This document shows, in pieces, positions 57,197 to 64,000 of a stretch of 64,000 nt of DNA. The DNA lies in the NCBI GenBank assembly GCA_951406725.2, contig OX597832.1, positions 19,840,001-19,904,000 on the forward strand, read 5' to 3'. This stretch comes from Octopus vulgaris (taxonomy: Eukaryota). The position numbers and the translations under genes were made by a program. Position 1 is the first letter of the stretch. Every line of letters begins with the position of its first letter. The notes under the pieces were generated by a model. It worked only from the letters and a program-made list of their open reading frames with translations. It made no database searches and had not been told where the DNA came from.

Positions 57197-57972
57197 TGTA
57201 TGTATGTATGTATGTATGTATGTATATGCATGTGTATACAATTTCTATATATATAAAGTGTGCAAGTAAATGAACTTCCTCCAGTTTCTGTGATCATCCA
57301 ATCAGCGTGTGTGTAAGTGGCTGAGTATACCTGAGAGACATGTAGTTCTAACGTTATCCTTAAGCAGAATCAGTGTAATATGATACATCACAAAGCTGGC
57401 ATTTTCAAACAGATATGCAGTACATCCTATGGGCTTCCATAGTTTCTGCTCACCAAGTTTCACTTCCTAATCTTGTATCGACCAGAAATTATGGTTAAAA
57501 ATGATAAATGAAAACACTTGAATATATGCCAAACTGTGAATCGAAACTGGGGTTTCATGATTTTAAAGCCAATTTCGTAATCACTCGTCCATGGTAAATG
57601 GTTACGAAGTTGGCTTTGAATGCATAATACATTCCAGGTACGCACAAGTCTACGCCTGTGATTAAAACACAATCAGTGAAATTTGGCTGCTATTTCTGGC
57701 GCGTTGCTTGAGTGCAAGGAGGCATCTCCCTTCGCTCAGTAGTAATAACGCTAACTAATATTGTTATTATTATTATTTTGCCCCAAGTCAGTCATAACTA
57801 CTGAGATATATAACGGAAATGTTACAGCCTTTCTCATCTACTGCTTAGAACAAGACTATATTCTAAAGTATCAATATGTTTTCTGCAGTAAGATTTAATT
57901 TGCGATTGCAATTTCTAATACATTAACCGACTGTCTGAAGATTTCCCCTTTGAGACAATATTCTAGCTGTTG

Positions 57973-58371
57973 AAGGCGGGGAGCTGGCAGAAACGTTAGC
58001 ACGCCGGGCGAAATGCTTAGCGGTATTTCGTCTGCGCTATGTTCTGAGTTCAAATTCCGCCGAGGTTGACTTTGCCTTTCATCCTTTCGGGATCGATTAA
58101 ATAAGTACCAGTTACGCACTGGAGTCGATATAATCGACTTAATCCGTTTGTCTCTCCTTGTTTGTCCCCTCTGTGTTTAGCTCCTGGTAGGTAGTAAAGA
58201 AATAGGTATTTCGTCTATCTTTATGTTTTGAGGTCAAATTCTTATGGAATAGACTTTACGTTTCAAATCCTTTCGGAGTCGAAAAATTAAGTACCAGTTG
58301 CGCACTGGGGTCGATCTAATTGACTGGCTCCCGCCCCCAAAATTTCGGGCCTTGTGCCTACAATAGAAAAG
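57973..58371 (+). mobile_element. Dimeric SINE A (long-tail unit plus 5'-truncated short-tail unit), 16-bp TSD
   Basis: The second unit restarts at ggtatttcgtct (58205). TSD aatattc(t/c)agctgttg at 57957-57972 and 58372-58387. Confidence 0.92.
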
Positions 58372-58519
58372 AATATTCCAGCTGTTGCTTTACCTGTTGA
58401 AATTCTAGTTATTGCGTCCGTTATCAAAGACATAGCTGACGCGTAGTTTTCAAGTCTTCTAGAACCTGTTACAGGATTTGATATCATTTCTTAAACTTTT
58501 ACAAACAAGATACTTCATG

Positions 58520-58896
58520 TTTACTTTACATTGGATTGTGGCCGCGCTGGAGCACCACCTCGAAGGGACTTGCCTAAGAAATTGACCCAAGTATATAATT
58601 TTCAGTCAGGTACATGATCCATTAGGCACTTTTGCCGAACTGCCAATGTACGGTGACGTAAAGAAACCAACTCGAATTGTGAAGCTTCGGCGTGAGACAA
58701 TCATACTAATGCACACATACAAATACACATATACATGAGGAGATTCTACACAGTTTTTAGTTACCAAATTTACTGAGAAAGCATTAACTGGCCCGGGACC
58801 AGTATGTGGTACCCTTTGCTCAGGGCACGACGTAGTGAACAGATACTTGAACGTCGTGTTTGGAAAGCGATCTTCTACAACACGCGGCAATGCCTG
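58520..58896 (-). mobile_element. Old degenerate SINE B
   Basis: gtggccgcgctggagcaccacc...ttttgccgaactg...gacgtaaagaaacca; colinear with 36694-37079. Confidence 0.7.
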
Positions 58897-59315
58897 TCCC
58901 TGTGTGTTTCGATTTCAATGAAACGAGGCACATCCATATCTACGTACAAGCCCAGAAACGGATATACATGAAAATAAAAGATACATACATAAACTTGCAT
59001 GAACATGGAATCCTACGCATGTAGATACATGTAAATAAAATACCTGCACGAAAGTAATCGATAATATCGAATGCAATGAGATGAAAGTCAATAACGGATA
59101 AGAAATTTACATGGAACAGAACGAATGCACGTAGGTGAGTGTGTGTGTGTGTACGTGGCTGTTTATTCACATGCGTTTATACATTTCCACATACACACAT
59201 ATTTCTGTATGTATATACGTATATGCATCGGTATTGAATACGCACTTATACATGCATATATGTATAGACGAAATATCCATGCATACACATATATATATCT
59301 ATATGTAGATATGTA

Positions 59316-59401
<86 letters not shown>

Positions 59402-59519
59402 ATATTTACTATATCTATATATGTATAAATACATGTGTACTGTTATCTGTATGTATATATATATATATCAATGTATATATATGTATGTACGTATATATGT
59501 ATATATATCTATATATGAG

Positions 59520-59561
<42 letters not shown>

Positions 59562-59811
59562 TGTATTGTATTCCTTTTGTACGCGTTTGCATGTCAATCT
59601 CCAAGAAAAGGTATGTGTTCAACATGAAACAAGATTTTTCTTTTTCTTTTACAAAACAACCGCCATTGTATATAGACACATAACATGCATTCAGACACAA
59701 ACACCCACACACACATGCACACACTCGCACGCATACACTCACACACACACGCGCGCATATGTGCTATATATATAAATATATATCCAAATAAACATAAGCC
59801 AGTGTGTATAC

Positions 59812-59844
<33 letters not shown>

Positions 59845-59925
59845 TATGTATACGTGTACACATGTATACTATATGTTTCTCAAACACACAGAGTTTTATT
59901 TTGATACAAATTTGCAAAGTGGCAT

Positions 59926-59957
<32 letters not shown>

Positions 59958-60139
59958 CACACGCATACACACACACGCGCGCCATCTCATACTACATATA
60001 CCCACTTACATATATGCATAGAAACGTATTTTCATCCCGGCAATAAAGAGAGCGGGAGACCATCAACCATAATTTTACAAATTCAACCTGTAAGCCATTA
60101 TTTTTATTAAAGTATAAACATATATATATATACATACAT

Positions 60140-60199
<60 letters not shown>

Positions 60200-62020
60200 A
60201 TGTATGTATATATATATATGTTTATACTTATATGTACATATATATATATATACATATATATATACATATATATATATATGCATATATATATCTCTATATC
60301 TACATGCGAATATATGAATGTGTGCGCGTGTGTGTGTGTGTGGGGGGGTTATATAAGCATTCGAGAGAACGTGAAATATTTATTTTCGTTTAAAAGTGGT
60401 TCTCGAAAGATACCAGCTATTATTCACAACTTCATGTGTACTTCGAGATCCACTGCTCCCCAACACACACACAGACACAGAAACACACACACACACACAC
60501 ATAAATATATACATACATACATACATACATAGTTAAGTCGAATATATTTTCAATTCTCAGTGCCCAGAATTGCCCACTGCGATACCCACCTTCTCCATTG
60601 CTACGGAAATCGTATTTTTGTTTCTCAACACCAGCAGCCCCATCACCACTAATTACCTCTCGTAATTCTAGTAATTATATTTTATTATTTACCTATTAAC
60701 TTCTACCTGTCGTTTCTTTAAATATTCCTCCTCCTATTTCACTTTCTAACATCTCCGCCTATCTATCTACATAATCCGTCTTACGAACGTCGACATCTGT
60801 TTCTGATTTCCTGTCCAAATACCCTCTCTGAAATACATACACACAGACACCCACATATATACACACTCATACAGACACACACAGACACATACACACACAT
60901 GCACACGCACATATACGAAAACGTGTGTTTTAAAAGGTTAATCGAAAGCGCTCACACATTCTAGGAGACAATTTTCTTCCAAAATGGATAGTAACATACT
61001 GATTAAAGCTTTAATAACTTTTATAAAACATATCCTTCACATACATACTTACATTCATTCATATATACATACATGCATACATACATACATACATGCATAC
61101 ATACATACATACATACATACATACATACATACATACATACATACATACATACATACATGTATAAGAGCACAAATGCGTAAAGGGTTCTCTACAGCTGTTT
61201 CAGACGCATACATTTTATTGATGAAAATTCGATCGTATCATTAATAAGAGAGAGAGAAAAAATGTTCTCTTCTGGTGAATTGAATTTTAAAATTTGGTCC
61301 GTAGAAAAATCACCACAAGATGTGGAATATGGACTGACCCTCTCATTTCGTTATCATTGAAAAGAGTGAAAACATACGGAGAGTAATCCATATCTAGCAG
61401 GCTAAAATTTCAGAGGCCTAACTGTCATAAAAAAAAAAAAACAACGGACGGTGCCACAGTAAATTATTTCATTGTAGAGGGCTAGAGTGGTGACCAGAAA
61501 TACACACACACACACACACACACACGCAACTACATCTATCTATCTATTTTATCTATCTATCTATTTATCTATCTATCAATCTACATAATCTTTCTATCTA
61601 ATCTATCTGTTAGTCTCTCTACATATATGTATATGTAAGTATATATATGTATATATATATATGTTGAGAGTGTGAATGGATGTGTGTATGAATTATGTAC
61701 AGGAAGTAATAAATTTACAAAAAGGAAAATAAACCTGAAAGATCTATTATATAAGGCATTCTTAGATATACTATGACATATAAATAGGATCCAGCACTGC
61801 TCGTATAACTGATTATAAATCTAATGAATAAAATCTGACCTCAGTCTAAATAACACCAAAATCAGCCAAACAATAAAGAAACTTCTACACCCCACATTCA
61901 TTTCCCACACGTACTACGAAATAATTGGGTAGTATAACTGTCCTAAATCTAGGAAAGTTACCCCTGAGTTACTGACATCTTTTCCAGGAAGAAATACATA
62001 GGTTTGTCTCTCGTCTATGT

Positions 62021-62401
62021 GGAAGCACTCCGTCGGTTACGACGACGAGGGTTCCGGTTGATCCGATCAACGGAACAGCCTGCTCGTGAAATTAACGTGT
62101 AAGTGGCTGAGCACTCCACAGACACGTGTACCCTTAACGTAGTTCTCGGGGATATTCAGCGTGATACAGAGAGTGACAAGGCCGGACCTTTGGAATACAT
62201 GTACAACAGAAACGGGAAGTAAGAGTGAGAGAAAGTTGTGGTGAAAGAGTACAGCAGGGATCACCACCATCCCTGCCGGAGCCTCGTGGAGCTTTAGGTG
62301 TTTTCGCTCAATAAACACTCACAACGCCCGGTCTGGGAATCGAAACCGCGATCCTACGACCGCGAGTCCGCTGCCCTAACCACTGGGCCATTGCGCCTCC
62401 A
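62021..62401 (-). mobile_element. SINE family C, full length, 13-bp TSD, probably young
   Basis: TSD ctctcgtctatgt at 62008-62020 and 62402-62414; intact A box (62380-62390) and B box (62336-62346); CpGs retained. Confidence 0.95.
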
Positions 62402-62961
62402 CTCTCGTCTATGTACGAGTGTCTGGATAAGACATCATCTAAGAGACGTCTTCTAAATGCGGAAAAACATTAATATTTTTGCAATACATTTGAGATCGTC
62501 CCACCCTTCCAATCACCTATCGTTACTTTTACGTCATCATATGAGGTTACTGCCCTACGCATCTATCTAGCACTATAGCTCCTAAAATCTAATCCATGTA
62601 TCTATTATCCCCTCTAACTAACCACTAGCTTACTCTAACGGTCACAGGTATTTTATAACTAGAACGATTGTGATCGCATGGCTGCTGGATTGTGGCTAAC
62701 CTTTGCCTATACAACATACACCTAGATATCAGCACCATTCCCTAAATTGGAAAGAAGGTGAATCACAGAACAGTGAATACAGAAAAAAAGACACCTTGCG
62801 GTACTTGTTCTAATTCTCTGTGATCTGAGTTCAAATACCACCTACGGCAACTCTGCCTTTTATCCTTTTGTGGCCGTTAAACAATGTGCTAATTATGTAC
62901 GGAATCATCCCCCCTTTTCTCTCTCTCTCTCTTTCTCTCTCTCTCTTTCTCTCTCTCTCTT

Positions 62962-62999
<38 letters not shown>

Positions 63000-63020
63000 C
63001 CTCTCTCTCTCTCTGAATAG

Positions 63021-63074
63021 GCTATGTGAGAGGCCCCAGCCTCAGGAGGCTGTTTCTAACACGGCCCCATTAAG
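63021..63074 (+). other. Candidate 54-nt exon
   Basis: (CT)n polypyrimidine tract ending in gaatag, and donor AAG|gtattt. GC-rich, with a single open frame (LCERPQPQEAVSNTAPL). Confidence 0.3.
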
Positions 63075-64000
63075 GTATTTACCTCTTGCTATGGACAGTA
63101 CATGGAAGAAAACCTAAACCGGAAGTAACGATGAATCCTCAAAGTCGTCGTTAAGCATGACAGAAATAACAACCAAGTCTTCCTCAAATCATAAATCAAA
63201 TTTCTAAGAATAAACATGACTACAATTTACTATGTTGTCTCAGAGATTCTCACCAAGGAAATTAAGATTAGATGGCCAAGGCTGAGATGCCCTTGATCAA
63301 GGTGTATATGCAATCGAAGCTAACATGAAACTTAGAATTACATTAGCAACAGCAACAGCAACAAACAGAATACTCTGAACTGAAATAATAATGTAAATTG
63401 AATGATTTTATATCGAGAGATTTAGCAGAGATTTACTGAAGGTTTACTCTTAGTCTTGGTTATGAAGGCTCAAGTATTAGTTACATATTAGTGCTTGTGG
63501 CAGCATATCACAGGTGATATAGATAAATAATACATATAATTGATAAAGGAAAACTCTAAATTTTGTTAAATTAAAATAGCTGTTAAATTCAAGAGTTTAT
63601 TGCGGAAAAAACAGATGGTGGGTGACACATAACGGTAAAAAATAAATAATAAAAAGCAACGCGAAATCAAATCAATAGATGTTCCCTTAAAAAGAAATAA
63701 AAATATTGAGAAAAATGGAAAATATTACAATTATTGCAAGTGTGTCATGGGGAGAAGCAAGAAAAAATTCTGGAGGTTTTCGTAGTGATCGATTGAAACT
63801 CCAAAGTAGGGAGATCACCGAAAATTAAACATTTCCTGTTTGAAATAGCTCAATTTGGAATCGAACTTGCAGCTGGAGATATGGTATCTCGCAAATCTAA
63901 ATCCATTCCCTCGCGCACCTTCCCGCCCATTAAACAAAACCTTTCTCTGCCATCTAATCGAAAATTTTACATATTCGTGTTGGAAATGATTCCATAGTGT

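Noticed and set aside
62320-62401. tRNA-like sequence with A and B boxes
   Set aside because: It is the head of a SINE, continuous with body, tail and TSD, and lacks a convincing cloverleaf, so it is not a tRNA gene.

Overview
AT-rich eukaryotic DNA, non-coding or intronic, saturated with microsatellites ((TA)n, (CA)n, (TATG)n, (GATA)n, (AAT)n, (GAT)n) and transposon fossils. The SINE families and microsatellite load look most like an octopod cephalopod genome; this rests on recognition of the repeats, not on a search. There is no intact protein-coding gene, and almost every entry in the ORF track is a translated microsatellite. Supported content: (i) many tRNA-derived SINEs (my labels A, B, C/D), several with clear 12-17 bp target-site duplications, including a dimeric element and modular head/tail recombinants; (ii) four fragments of R4/Dong-clade (RLE) non-LTR retrotransposons, three of them abutting (AAT)n, plus CR1/L2-like and RTE-like LINE fragments; (iii) three internally deleted mariner elements, a Tc2/pogo-like MITE nested in a SINE, a non-autonomous Helitron and a Helentron/HINE-like element; (iv) local tandem and inverted duplications inside microsatellite DNA; (v) a few short candidate exons that could belong to one plus-strand gene with very long introns, and a small CpG-rich island carrying a CTCF-like motif. 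The most interesting signals are the combinatorial SINE architecture, the (AAT)n-centred retroposon cluster and the candidate small-exon transcript. None is proven novel without database and RNA-seq checks.
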